Made by a program: the position numbers and the translations under genes. Shown here piece by piece: positions 49,193 through 60,178 of a stretch of DNA of 64,000 bases (within the stretch, counting starts at the first letter, position 1; the number at the start of each line of letters is the position of its first letter). This DNA comes from an uncultured Bulleidia sp. Lineage in GTDB: Bacteria; Bacillota_I; Bacilli_A; Erysipelotrichales; Erysipelotrichaceae. The notes beneath the pieces were generated by a model, which had not been told where the DNA came from, did no database searches, and was given only the letters and a program-made list of their open reading frames with translations. Where the stretch lies: contig CAKVLT010000001.1 in assembly GCA_934757945.1 (NCBI GenBank), positions 4,612-68,611 of the forward strand, given 5' to 3'.

Positions 49193-49303
49193 AATTTCCT
49201 CCAAAAAAAAGCCAGATGTTCAGAATACTTTTTCAATATTTTGTATTCTTTCTTATCCGCTTATTTTTCACCAACAATATGAAACAACATTAAAAGGAAT
49301 TTG

Positions 49304-50080
49304 TCAACCTAAATAATACTCTTCCATAGTTAAATTAGATTCGTGTATTTTTTTAGCTTCTTCCACACCGACATATCTGTAATTCCATGCGGATGGCTGG
49401 ATACCTGTAATAGACTGTTTTCCCTCAGGATACCTTTCTATAAAGCCATATAGATAGGCATTGTTTCTGAGCCATTCTGCAATAGGGAGATCGTTAAAGC
49501 AATCCTGTAATAAACATGTACCATCTGACAACCCAATATCTACCATCAGACCAAGCTGGTGTTCACTCTGACCAGGTTTGTCGTCAATACTGTCAGCATA
49601 GTCGGTTCCATATCTTTGAGAATAAACATTGTATAGATATACCTGTTCATCATAGCTTCTATATCCGCTTACCAAGTATAAACTATACCCATTTTGTGCT
49701 GCTGCCTGAAATAATTGTTGCAGTGGTGTAACTGCATCGGCTCTGATAAATTCATCTGTATTCTCAAATTGGACTAAATTTTCAGGTATATATTCTTTAT
49801 TTAAAGGCGCAGAGGAATTCACAATCCTTTGAAGGGAATTATCAGAAGAAGTGTCAACTTTAACTGTTTCCGGAGGTTCAGATGGGGCAGGCGTTGCAGT
49901 CATAACAGGAGAAACGGACGAAGCAGATACTGCAGGTGTATGAGTTGGCGCTATGGTGACGAGATCCTGTTGTTTTTTATCCAATGTATGTAACTGATAT
50001 AATGCGATACACAACAGAGCAATATTCAATAACGCTACAGTCATAATGATTGTAAGTCTTTTTTTCAGATTTCTAGTCAT
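49304..50080 (-). CDS. membrane-anchored M15B (VanY-like) D,D-carboxypeptidase
   Basis: N-terminal transmembrane helix, with the VanY motifs SGYRSY, SEHQLG and DxG. Confidence 0.75.
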   Translation of the reverse strand: MTRNLKKRLTIIMTVALLNIALLCIALYQLHTLDKKQQDLVTIAPTHTPAVSASSVSPVMTATPAPSEPPETVKVDTSSDNSLQRIVNSSAPLNKEYIPENLVQFENTDEFIRADAVTPLQQLFQAAAQNGYSLYLVSGYRSYDEQVYLYNVYSQRYGTDYADSIDDKPGQSEHQLGLMVDIGLSDGTCLLQDCFNDLPIAEWLRNNAYLYGFIERYPEGKQSITGIQPSAWNYRYVGVEEAKKIHESNLTMEEYYLG

Positions 50081-50170
50081 GTACTAATTATACATTTATT
50101 CAAAAAATAGAGTATAAGAAACCTGTAGCATTCATGTATTTGTTATACTAAAAACAGAAAGTAGAGGTAA

Positions 50171-51646
<1,476 letters not shown>

Positions 51647-51649
51647 TAT

Positions 51650-52400
51650 CAAATCATGACCACCCGTGAAACGGGTGGTTTGCTCTAAGGCTATAAGCCT
51701 TTTATCACCAGCCAATGTCTTAAGGCATTGGCTTTTCCATTATGTAATGTCAAAGCCACCTTTGCATTTGTAACTATTACCGGTCGTTAACGACCTGTTT
51801 ATCCTTGTTTGCTTTCCTTATTACTATATCTTTCCCAAACGGATCTTCATATTCTTTCACGCTTAATTTATCTTTTGCTATATCATCTTTCTCTTGTTCT
51901 CGTATATATTTTCGAACCGTTGCTTCATTCAGTCCTATTGTACTTACATAATATCCGTCTGCCCAAAAGTGTCTGTTCCCATACTTGTATTTCAAGTTGG
52001 CATGATATTCAAAAATCATCATTGCTGACTTTCCCTTTAAATATCCCATAAATGAAGACACTGACATCTTTGGAGGGATAGATACCAATATATGTACATG
52101 ATCTGGCATCATATGTCCTTCTATGATTTCTACCCCTTTATACTTACACAGCTTCTTAAAGTATCCTGCTATATCCTTTCTTAATTGGTTATAGATTACT
52201 TTTCTTCTATATTTTGGGGTGAATACTATGTGATATCTTGTATAATACTTCGTGTGTGCCAATGAATCATATTTTTTGGCCATTTGCGTCCTACCTCTCT
52301 TTCATAGTGACCTTGACAATCTCTATGTTAGTTCTGTAGGACGCTTTTTTCTATACGAAGCGCCTGCCTTCCACCTGCCTAGCAGGTGGTTTTTCTGTTT
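51650..52400 (-). mobile_element. IS200/IS605-family insertion sequence carrying tnpA only; ends are approximate
   Basis: A Y1/HuH transposase is flanked by clusters of perfect short hairpins. On the right end these are ACCACCCG..CGGGTGGT, AGCCAATG..CATTGGCT and GGTCGTTAACGACC. On the left end they are GCGTCCTAC..GTAGGACGC and CCACCTGC..GCAGGTGG. Such hairpin clusters are typical of IS200 ends. Confidence 0.55.
51777..52283 (-). CDS. tnpA: IS200/IS605-family transposase TnpA (Y1 HuH)
   Basis: 168 aa with the HuH motif in HVHILVSIPPK and the catalytic Tyr region GYYVSTIG. Confidence 0.85.
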   Translation of the reverse strand: MAKKYDSLAHTKYYTRYHIVFTPKYRRKVIYNQLRKDIAGYFKKLCKYKGVEIIEGHMMPDHVHILVSIPPKMSVSSFMGYLKGKSAMMIFEYHANLKYKYGNRHFWADGYYVSTIGLNEATVRKYIREQEKDDIAKDKLSVKEYEDPFGKDIVIRKANKDKQVVNDR

Positions 52401-52469
52401 CGCACAACTTTATTTTCTCCCCTATTCCTTATCTTCCATTGTGCTCAACTGTCCATCAAGACGAATAAA

Positions 52470-52497
52470 AATGAGGTGATTTTTCACCTCATTCACT
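52470..52497 (-). terminator. terminator after the YbaK-like gene
   Basis: AATGAGGTGA/TCACCTCATT stem followed by TTTTATT on the minus strand. Confidence 0.6.
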
Positions 52498-52974
52498 CTG
52501 TGCTTTAGTCACATCAATCCACGCTGCAGGCTGTACCACCTTTTCCATATCCTGTAATGTAATTCTGACACAGTTATTATGTAAACCTGCTGCAGGCCAT
52601 ACAGTATCCCAATGCTTTAAAGAGATATCAAAATACACAAGAACATTGTCTCTGACTCCAAAAGGACATACCCCTCCCGGTTCATGATCAATGTATTCCT
52701 TTAATTCTTCAGCTGACATCATTTTAGCTTTGGCATGAAAGAAACTTTTATATTTGTGATTATCCAGCCTGGCGGTTCCTTCCATGACTATCAGTATGGG
52801 CTTTTCCTTCACCATAAATGCCATGGTTTTGGCAATTTGTGCTTCCTTTACGCCAATTGTCTCTGCCGCAAGAGCTACAGTGGCTGAACTGTGAGGAAGA
52901 ATCTGTATATCTTTATCCAGACCATATTTCTCCAGTTGGTTTTGAACCTCTATGTAAGACATGTGGTATATCAC
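52489..52974 (-). CDS. YbaK/ProX-family aminoacyl-tRNA editing domain protein
   Basis: About 160 aa with YbaK-like deacylase motifs. The start could be the internal Met at 52962. Confidence 0.65.
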   Translation of the reverse strand: MIYHMSYIEVQNQLEKYGLDKDIQILPHSSATVALAAETIGVKEAQIAKTMAFMVKEKPILIVMEGTARLDNHKYKSFFHAKAKMMSAEELKEYIDHEPGGVCPFGVRDNVLVYFDISLKHWDTVWPAAGLHNNCVRITLQDMEKVVQPAAWIDVTKAQSE

Positions 52975-53207
52975 TCCTTTGTAAACTGCTCAACAGTAAA
53001 ATCGCCGTATGCAATTCTTGCTAAAGAGTATACTCAGTATCCTTGATTCCTCAAGTTTTTTGCTCAGGCTCAAAAATTTATCAATGATCAGTACTGCTTT
53101 TATCAGAACTTTAACGATTCTTTTCTGCATTCTGCAATGACTCTGGTACGTGCAAAAAATTACAGTGATGTCCTTCAGCTCCTTTAAAAAACTCTATTTT
53201 CACTGAT

Positions 53208-54704
53208 TTATAAGTTATACAGTTTGGAATACTTCTCTTCCAGATAGTGCAAATAGTACTCTACATCAAACGGTTTACCTGTCACTTTTTCTACCAGTTC
53301 ATCACCGTTATATAAGAATCCGTATGTATGAATATGTTCTTTCAGCCACGCAATACATGTATCGTAATGATTGTTTTCAAGCAAATCATCCACATCCATA
53401 TCCTTACGCATGGTATCCATGAACTGGGCTGCAAATGCTGAACCAAGTGCATAAGTAGGAAAATATCCGAAATCACCGGAACTCCAGTGTACATCCTGTA
53501 AAATGCCGACAGAGGCATCCTGAGGTCTTACACCAAGATATTTTTCATACATATCTGCCCATACTTCATCAAGATGATCCGTTCCGATAGTATCGTTGAA
53601 TAATCCCTTTTCAATTTCGTAACGCACTAAAATATGCAATGGATACGTAAGTTCATCTGCTTCAGTTCTTACAAGACTTGCCTTTGCCACATTCATGGCA
53701 TTTACAAACTGTTCTAATGTAATACCGGATAACTGCTGAGGAAAATGCTTCTGTAATCGAGGAAAGTTATACTTCCAGAAAGCAAGTGTTCGTCCAAGAT
53801 AGTTTTCACATAAGCGGGATTGTGATTCATGCAGTCCGCAGGAAATACCTTCAGAAAGAATATTTCCGTCAAATGCAGGATCACAATTATGTTCATAATA
53901 CGCATGTCCAACTTCATGTACTGTAGATAGGATAGCTGAAACCACATTGTCTTTTAAATACTTTGTGGTCGTTCTGCAGTCATTTTCACATGTAAAGGAA
54001 GTGAATGGGTGCTCGGATTCATTCTGGTATCCCCATTCAGGATCAAAGTGAAGATATTCCAGTAATTCCACCATGAATTTCTTCTGTTCTTCCACAGGAT
54101 ACTCCGTAAACAGAAAACTGTCATCAATCTGTTCAGCCTGTTGTATTTTATGTAACAGAGGAACCAGCCTTTCTTTGATTTTATCAAAGAAAACATCATA
54201 CTTTTCCTGCGTCATGCCAGGCTCAAAATCATCAAGCATCTGATCATAGGTATTCATAGAACTGTTTCTATAACCATAAAATTTCTTTTTAGTTTCTATG
54301 ATTTTCTTTAACGCCGGTGCATACAATGCGTAATTCTTAGTTTGTTTAGCTTCAAGCCATATATTGTACGATTCAGCCTGTAATTGTGTAAAAGCAACAA
54401 ATTCTTCTTTCGGAATACAGACAGTATCCATCACCTGCTTATAATAAAGTTTCATGGCTCTTTGATCTGCATATTCTAAAGATGGATCGTCTTTCAGTTC
54501 TTTCAAAATATCCTGTATTTCCTTTTCAGTCTCTATGGAGAAAAGTTCACCGGCAAGATAGGCTGTTCTTTCATCACGATATGCACTTCCACCTTTAGGG
54601 GCGACTGTATGGGCGTCAATGGAAATAATTTCGATTGCCATGTGATACGCACTCATGCGGAATACCCAGTCTTTATACTTTTGTAGTTTTTCTTCTTTTG
54701 TCAT
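53208..54704 (-). CDS. M32-family metallocarboxypeptidase (carboxypeptidase Taq-like)
   Basis: 498 aa with the HEVGHAYYE HExxH motif and the GxxQDxHW-type region (ILQDVHWS). Confidence 0.85.
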   Translation of the reverse strand: MTKEEKLQKYKDWVFRMSAYHMAIEIISIDAHTVAPKGGSAYRDERTAYLAGELFSIETEKEIQDILKELKDDPSLEYADQRAMKLYYKQVMDTVCIPKEEFVAFTQLQAESYNIWLEAKQTKNYALYAPALKKIIETKKKFYGYRNSSMNTYDQMLDDFEPGMTQEKYDVFFDKIKERLVPLLHKIQQAEQIDDSFLFTEYPVEEQKKFMVELLEYLHFDPEWGYQNESEHPFTSFTCENDCRTTTKYLKDNVVSAILSTVHEVGHAYYEHNCDPAFDGNILSEGISCGLHESQSRLCENYLGRTLAFWKYNFPRLQKHFPQQLSGITLEQFVNAMNVAKASLVRTEADELTYPLHILVRYEIEKGLFNDTIGTDHLDEVWADMYEKYLGVRPQDASVGILQDVHWSSGDFGYFPTYALGSAFAAQFMDTMRKDMDVDDLLENNHYDTCIAWLKEHIHTYGFLYNGDELVEKVTGKPFDVEYYLHYLEEKYSKLYNL

Positions 54705-54715
54705 ATGATTTCTCC

Positions 54716-54749
54716 TTTTCCAAAAGAAACGCCGGGATATCCGGCGTTT
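54716..54749 (-). terminator. terminator after the Cof hydrolase gene
   Basis: A perfect AAACGCCGG/CCGGCGTTT stem is followed by CTTTTGG on the minus strand. Confidence 0.6.
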
Positions 54750-54752
54750 GCA

Positions 54753-55595
54753 TTATATGAGATTCAAATATTTAAAAGCATTATACAGACCATCTTCATC
54801 CACATCTGTAGTGATATAATCTGCTGCTTCTTTGATCTCCGGGCCACCATTACCCATGGCTACATTATACGCACACAGCTCAAACATAGATAGGTCGATT
54901 TTGGCATCTCCAAAAGAAATGGTATCTTTCTGATCTGCTCCCAAATAGTCTAATAAGACTTCAATGGCATGTTTTTTGGTAATACCTGATGGACCAAGAT
55001 CGCCAAAAAGAGCGTGTTCACCTTTACCACCCCATGTATTGGCTTCAAGTTCTGGAAATTCTTTTTCAGAATCCAGATGATCCTGATAAGAATCAAGGAT
55101 AAAACTGATTTTGTTCACATCATCTCTGTATTGCTCATCACCTTTGACAAGAATAAAAGAATTGATAAAGGAATCTGCAGAATTTTTAGCTTTTGATAAA
55201 TCTGCTCCTTTCCCTAAAGAATATTTCACCATAGTTTCAGGTCCTTTGACATGCATCATTTCATTGCAGTAAATTCCTGAATTAGCTTCCAGATAAAACG
55301 CAAGATTTCTCGCATTACACCAGTCAGCAATCTTTTTCACTTCTTCTCTGGATAATCTCTGATGCATGACTACTTTACCATTATCTTCTACATATGCACC
55401 ATTACCACCAATCATACCGTCAAGATCACATAGATTTCTCTGTTCAATTTCTGCTTTTGAACATCCGGTGCAAATATACACTTTATGCCCATTGGCACGT
55501 GCTTCATTGACTGCTATTGCAGCACTTTCCGGAAGCTTTGCTTCATAGTTAATCAAAGTACCATCCACATCCAAAAATACAATCTTTCTTCTCAT
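54753..55595 (-). CDS. Cof-type HAD-IIB phosphatase
   Basis: 280 aa starting MRRKIVFLDVDGTL, with the C-terminal GDxxND motif. Confidence 0.85.
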   Translation of the reverse strand: MRRKIVFLDVDGTLINYEAKLPESAAIAVNEARANGHKVYICTGCSKAEIEQRNLCDLDGMIGGNGAYVEDNGKVVMHQRLSREEVKKIADWCNARNLAFYLEANSGIYCNEMMHVKGPETMVKYSLGKGADLSKAKNSADSFINSFILVKGDEQYRDDVNKISFILDSYQDHLDSEKEFPELEANTWGGKGEHALFGDLGPSGITKKHAIEVLLDYLGADQKDTISFGDAKIDLSMFELCAYNVAMGNGGPEIKEAADYITTDVDEDGLYNAFKYLNLI

Positions 55596-55612
55596 TTCAT
55601 CTATCCCTTTCC

Positions 55613-56533
55613 TTAAGGCAGCTGATTACCTTCCACTGAAGTATAAATTCTGTACCAGTCTTTTCTGGATAATGTAATATCTGCTGCTTTTGCGGCACTC
55701 TGAAGTCTTTCAGGTTTGGTTGTCCCTAAAATCACCTGTGTAGAGCAAGGAATACGTAATAACCATGCATAGGCAATCACATCCTTATGTAATCCATATA
55801 TATCCGCAATCTGCTGTAAGGTCTCATTAAGCTTTGCATACTTTTCATCATTGAGGAAAACGCCTTCAAAATATCCTTTTTGAAGTGGAGACCACACCTG
55901 CAGTCCCATATGATGCAACTGCATATAAGGCAATATACAAGAATCATGTTTTACACTTAAAGCATCTGCCATATCTTCATGAAGCAGATTGTCAATAACA
56001 GGTGTATGAACACAGCTCATCTGCAACTGATTTACTGTCAGTTTCTGCTTCATTGCGCTTTGAAGATATTCGATATGCCCGGAAGTCATATTACTTACCC
56101 CAAAAGATAACACTTTCCCCTGTGCATAGAGCAAATCTAATGCCTCTGCAACTTCTTCAGGTTCCATCAACACATCAGGTCTATGCAGTAACAAAGAATC
56201 CAGATGATCTGTATGCAGTCTTGAAAGAATACCATCCACCGATTCCAGAATATGCTCTTTGGAAAAATCAAAAAAGTCTTGTCGGATACCACACTTGGAT
56301 TGAAGAAAAAAACGTGATCGAAGAGAAGGATATTTTGCAAAGACTTCACCAACGACTTCTTCACTTCTGCCTGCTCCATAAATATCCGCTTCATCAATAA
56401 AATTAATTCCTGCTTCCAGACCCGTTTTTAAAAACGTCTCTGCTTGCTGAATGTCCATACCTGCAATACGCATACAGCCAATGCCAATGGTACTGACTTG
56501 AGGAAGTTCCTGAGAAAATTGTATATATTTCAT
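55613..56533 (-). CDS. aldo/keto reductase
   Basis: 306 aa with AKR TIM-barrel motifs (GIGCMRI, IDEADIYG). Confidence 0.85.
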   Translation of the reverse strand: MKYIQFSQELPQVSTIGIGCMRIAGMDIQQAETFLKTGLEAGINFIDEADIYGAGRSEEVVGEVFAKYPSLRSRFFLQSKCGIRQDFFDFSKEHILESVDGILSRLHTDHLDSLLLHRPDVLMEPEEVAEALDLLYAQGKVLSFGVSNMTSGHIEYLQSAMKQKLTVNQLQMSCVHTPVIDNLLHEDMADALSVKHDSCILPYMQLHHMGLQVWSPLQKGYFEGVFLNDEKYAKLNETLQQIADIYGLHKDVIAYAWLLRIPCSTQVILGTTKPERLQSAAKAADITLSRKDWYRIYTSVEGNQLP

Positions 56534-56602
56534 ATATTCACCTCTATGTACGACTATACAAGAAGCTTAAATGATGTGCAAGAATTTACAATGGCATAAA
56601 GT

Positions 56603-56641
56603 ACCTAAAAAAGAAGGGCAAGCCTATTTCTTACCCTTCTT
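56603..56641 (-). terminator. terminator after the TVP38 gene
   Basis: AAGAAGGGTAAG/CTTGCCCTTCTT stem followed by TTTTTT on the minus strand. Confidence 0.6.
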
Positions 56642-57322
56642 TAAGAACCATTCTTTCTTCCATATTACCAGACCTATCATACTGATCTGGAATGTAAAAG
56701 ATAATACCACAAAGATGTATTCACCTCTTATGAGAAAATGTCCTATCCAGCAATTGGATAAGATAGACATCATACAGGCAATTGCAACAGTCATGGCAAA
56801 TTTTGTAAATCGAATATCTGATTTAGCAGCAATATACGGAACAATACCATTGGGAATGCCTGGAATCATATATGTCAAAGCAAAAACAAATTCAGGTTTT
56901 GTACTGTTGATCTTATCAAGAATCCAATTAGATTTACTGTCAAAATTCAGATTATTCTGCACAAATTTATGGAAGTGCCTTGCAAAACGAAAAACCAGAA
57001 GATTTCCCACTACAAATCCCAAATGACAGGCAATGAAAGCTTTCCACCAACCGTAAATAAGACCAGATACAAATTGTATAAACATCGCAGGAAAGAAGAT
57101 GGTAATTACCTGAAGTACGGACAGAAAAAAAATAGAAGTCATTCCTGATACTTCATCTTTGGAATTAAGATAATCCATCAAAGCCTGTTTATCATGCAGT
57201 TTCAGTAATTCCAGCAATTCTACGCATGTATCTTTCAACATATAATACGCAATTCCAAGCACTAAACACACAGCGAATACTGCCAGAAATGTAAACACAA
57301 TCTTCTTTTTCTTTTCCATAGC
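56624..57322 (-). CDS. TVP38/TMEM64 (DedA-like) family membrane protein
   Basis: The start is set at MEKKKKIVF. Polytopic, with a YMIPGIPNG motif. The longer track ORF begins at a TTG inside the upstream gene's terminator. Confidence 0.65.
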   Translation of the reverse strand, partial: AMEKKKKIVFTFLAVFAVCLVLGIAYYMLKDTCVELLELLKLHDKQALMDYLNSKDEVSGMTSIFFLSVLQVITIFFPAMFIQFVSGLIYGWWKAFIACHLGFVVGNLLVFRFARHFHKFVQNNLNFDSKSNWILDKINSTKPEFVFALTYMIPGIPNGIVPYIAAKSDIRFTKFAMTVAIACMMSILSNCWIGHFLIRGEYIFVVLSFTFQISMIGLVIWKKEWFLKKGKK

Positions 57323-57351
57323 TGCATAATCATAGCACAATCTTAAGAATT

Positions 57352-57387
57352 TAAAAGAAAGAAAACAGGATAGTTGCCTATCCTGTA
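57352..57387 (-). terminator. terminator after the flavin reductase gene
   Basis: ACAGGATAG/CTATCCTGT stem followed by TTTTCTTTCTTTT on the minus strand. Confidence 0.6.
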
Positions 57388-57400
57388 AAGAAATCAATGA

Positions 57401-59284
57401 TTATTTAGCATTTTCTGCTGCGTTTGTACCGGCAATTCTACCAAATACTACGAAGTCAGCAACTGCATTACCACCAAGTCTGTTAGCACCGTGAACACCA
57501 CCTGTGACTTCACCTGCTGCATACAGACCAGAGATAACATCACCATCTTTATTTAATACACATGTATTTGTATCAATCTTCAGACCACCCATTGTGTGAT
57601 GAACACCTGGCTGAACCTTAATTGCATAATAAGGAGCTGTATCCAGCTTATTTGTGAAAGCTGTTCTTCCGAATTCTGCATCAGACTTGTTATCCACACA
57701 TGTATTCCATGTTTCCATTGTCTTTGCGAATGTATCAGCATCTGCTTCCATAGCTTCAGCTAATTCTTCATAAGTTTTACCTGTTACAGCATAACCCTTG
57801 TCAATGTAACCCTGAACAACTGCACTTGCATCAGCCATAGCCTGGTCAACAACTAACCATGCAAAGCCGCCTTCCTGTTCATTTTCAGCAGCAGAAACTA
57901 CGTCTCTTGTACCAACTTCATCAGTGAATCTTTCACCCTTGGAGTTAACTAAGATAGCACCGTCTCCACGAAGACCTTCTGTAATTAATACAGCGTTGCT
58001 GCCTTCAACATGAACTGTTGGATGTAACTGAATTTGATCCATATCAACTGTAGCAGCATTAACATCATCAGCAGTAGCCATTGTGATACCCTGACCTAAG
58101 ATACCTGCAGCATTTGTTGTAATGTATCCTTTTAATGCAGGATTCTGTTCAGATACCATATCATTGTTAGCACCGAAACCACCTGTAGCAAGAACAACGG
58201 ACTTAGCATTGATTGTAACTTTGTTACCTGTCTTACCTTCTGCTTCTACACCTGCAGCCTTACCATCTTTCATGATAATCTTGTTAGCAGTAGTGTTGTA
58301 GAATACTTCAACACCTCTGTCTTCTACAGTTTTTTCGAGAATTGGAACAATGTAAGAACCAACAGAAATAACTTTACCGTCATCATTTACAGGACGATGA
58401 ATTCTCTTAACAGCAGCACCACCGAACTGACCTACGTTCTTAAGATCAGCACCGATTGTGGATAGCCATTCAATAGCATCAGCGGAATTACCTGCAAGTG
58501 TCTTAACAAGCTCAATATTGTTAACACCTTTACCACCAATCATTGTATCTAATTCCATTAATTCAACAGAATCAAAATATCCTGTAGGATTTGCCTGATA
58601 AGCTTCCCACTGTTCTTTAACTGTAGATGCTAAAGCCTGAATATCTGCATTGTCAGCATATTTTTCAGCAGATTTTAATGTTTTCTCTACACCAGCGGAT
58701 TCTTCGAATTCGTTGTTATCCTGATATACTGTCTTTGCAGCGTTCATACCACCTGTAGCACGTACGGAGTTACCACCGGCAACTTCCTGGCTTTCCAGAA
58801 TAACTACGCTCTTACCTGCATCAGCAGCTGTAATAGCAGCAGTCATACCTGCTCCACCGGCACCTACGACAACAACATCAACGTCCTTTTCAACGTCTTC
58901 TTCTTTTTCGCCTTCAGCAGCTGTCTGATAATCTTCTGGATTCAGACCTGCAGCTTTGATTGCTTCTGCAGCAGCGGATTTGATAGCATCACTTGTAATT
59001 GTAGCTGTAGCTACACCGTCAACGTTAATGGAATTGGCTTTGACCATTTCATCAGGCATCTTTTCAATAGCTTTTGTACCGATACCTTCTGTTTCGTTAT
59101 CACCCTGTACTTTAACATCTGTAATAACGGAATCTTTGAGTGTGATGGTTACTGTAACATCTCCTCCCATGCCTTTTGCAGTACCGGAGAATTCACCAGA
59201 AACACCACCACTTGCCTTCTGACCACAAGCTACTAAACTGGCAGCCACGACAGCGGACAAAAATAGTTTAGAAATTTTGTTCAT
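57401..59284 (-). CDS. lipoprotein flavin reductase: N-terminal FMN-binding domain plus fumarate-reductase/flavocytochrome-c-type FAD domain (FrdA/UrdA-like extracellular reductase)
   Basis: Signal peptide and lipobox (LVACG). The FMN_bind domain carries a candidate flavinylation motif DGVATATITS. The FAD domain shows GAGGAG, and it retains the fumarate-reductase active-site signatures QLHPT, LRGDGAIL, HHTMGG and GANRLGGNA. Confidence 0.8.
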   Translation of the reverse strand: MNKISKLFLSAVVAASLVACGQKASGGVSGEFSGTAKGMGGDVTVTITLKDSVITDVKVQGDNETEGIGTKAIEKMPDEMVKANSINVDGVATATITSDAIKSAAAEAIKAAGLNPEDYQTAAEGEKEEDVEKDVDVVVVGAGGAGMTAAITAADAGKSVVILESQEVAGGNSVRATGGMNAAKTVYQDNNEFEESAGVEKTLKSAEKYADNADIQALASTVKEQWEAYQANPTGYFDSVELMELDTMIGGKGVNNIELVKTLAGNSADAIEWLSTIGADLKNVGQFGGAAVKRIHRPVNDDGKVISVGSYIVPILEKTVEDRGVEVFYNTTANKIIMKDGKAAGVEAEGKTGNKVTINAKSVVLATGGFGANNDMVSEQNPALKGYITTNAAGILGQGITMATADDVNAATVDMDQIQLHPTVHVEGSNAVLITEGLRGDGAILVNSKGERFTDEVGTRDVVSAAENEQEGGFAWLVVDQAMADASAVVQGYIDKGYAVTGKTYEELAEAMEADADTFAKTMETWNTCVDNKSDAEFGRTAFTNKLDTAPYYAIKVQPGVHHTMGGLKIDTNTCVLNKDGDVISGLYAAGEVTGGVHGANRLGGNAVADFVVFGRIAGTNAAENAK

Positions 59285-59285
59285 T
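58925..59285. repeat. copy A of a roughly 350-bp near-identical duplication (5' end of the reductase gene plus its ribosome-binding site)
   Basis: Almost base-for-base identical to 59625..59990. The mirror-strand ORFs at 58956..59222 and 59649..59990 translate to identical 84-aa stretches. Confidence 0.85.
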
Positions 59286-59617
59286 TTTCCTCCAAAAACA
59301 CTTCAACTGAGTGCACATAAACTATAACACACTCAACTTTTTCTACAAGAGAATTGTGAAAGAATTGTGAAAAAGCATGATAAAAAGTATTCAAAATTTG
59401 TCATCTGTATTGCAGATTTTCTACCATTCAAATAACCCTCGCACACCTGTATTTTCTTTCCCTTTGAATATTTTATTTTTCTTCCCATAATAAAAAATCC
59501 CACCGTTGTACTTCCACACAGATGAAATTTTTTTAATTTATTCGTGTGTCTACTTTAGTGGGATTGTATCAATAAACTGTGTTTTTTCAAGCTTTAGAAA
59601 CAGGTAACAACTGAATC

Positions 59618-59974
59618 TTAATAATTATTAGGATCCAGACCTGCAGCTTTGATAGCTTCTTCAGCTGCGGATTTGATAGCATCACTTGTAATTGTAGCTG
59701 TAGCTACACCGTCAACGTTAATGGAATTGGCTTTGACCATTTCATCAGGCATCTTTTCAATAGCTTTTGTACCGATACCTTCTGTTTCGTTATCACCCTG
59801 TACTTTAACATCTGTAATAACGGAATCTTTGAGTGTGATGGTTACTGTAACATCTCCTCCCATGCCTTTTGCAGTACCAGAGAATTCACCAGAAACACCT
59901 TCGGTTTTTTTCTGTCCACAGGCTACCAGACTGGATACCATAACAGCAGATAAAAATAATTTAGAAATTTTGTT
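59618..59974 (-). CDS. stand-alone FMN-binding-domain lipoprotein, a recent duplicate of the reductase N-terminal domain
   Basis: MNKISKLFLSAVMVSSLVACG then an FMN_bind domain that is at least 95 percent identical to residues 1-110 of the 627-aa reductase. A GGAGG Shine-Dalgarno is present. The protein ends right after the domain. Confidence 0.75.
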   Translation of the reverse strand, partial: NKISKLFLSAVMVSSLVACGQKKTEGVSGEFSGTAKGMGGDVTVTITLKDSVITDVKVQGDNETEGIGTKAIEKMPDEMVKANSINVDGVATATITSDAIKSAAEEAIKAAGLDPNNY

Positions 59975-59990
59975 CATTTTTCCTCCATAA
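59625..59990. repeat. copy B of the roughly 350-bp duplication
   Basis: See copy A. Confidence 0.85.
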
Positions 59991-60178
59991 AATTCTTTTA
60001 TATACTTCATACTATACCATACCTTTTTTTTACCACAAGACGTCAAAAATCATTTTCCACACAATAGACGCATAGTTGTTATCAGCTCCTCATTCCTTGC
60101 AGAAGAACAGATGTAAACAGGCATTTTTCCGTTTCATTTTAAATAAGACCTGAAACCCCTTACATCAATAGCGTGCTA

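Noticed and set aside
52975-53207. A 33-aa minus-strand ORF (MIIDKFLSLSKKLEESRILSILFSKNCIRRFYC) in the YbaK/M32 intergenic region
   Set aside because: It has no ribosome-binding site and no recognisable similarity. It is more likely promoter DNA, and was left unannotated.
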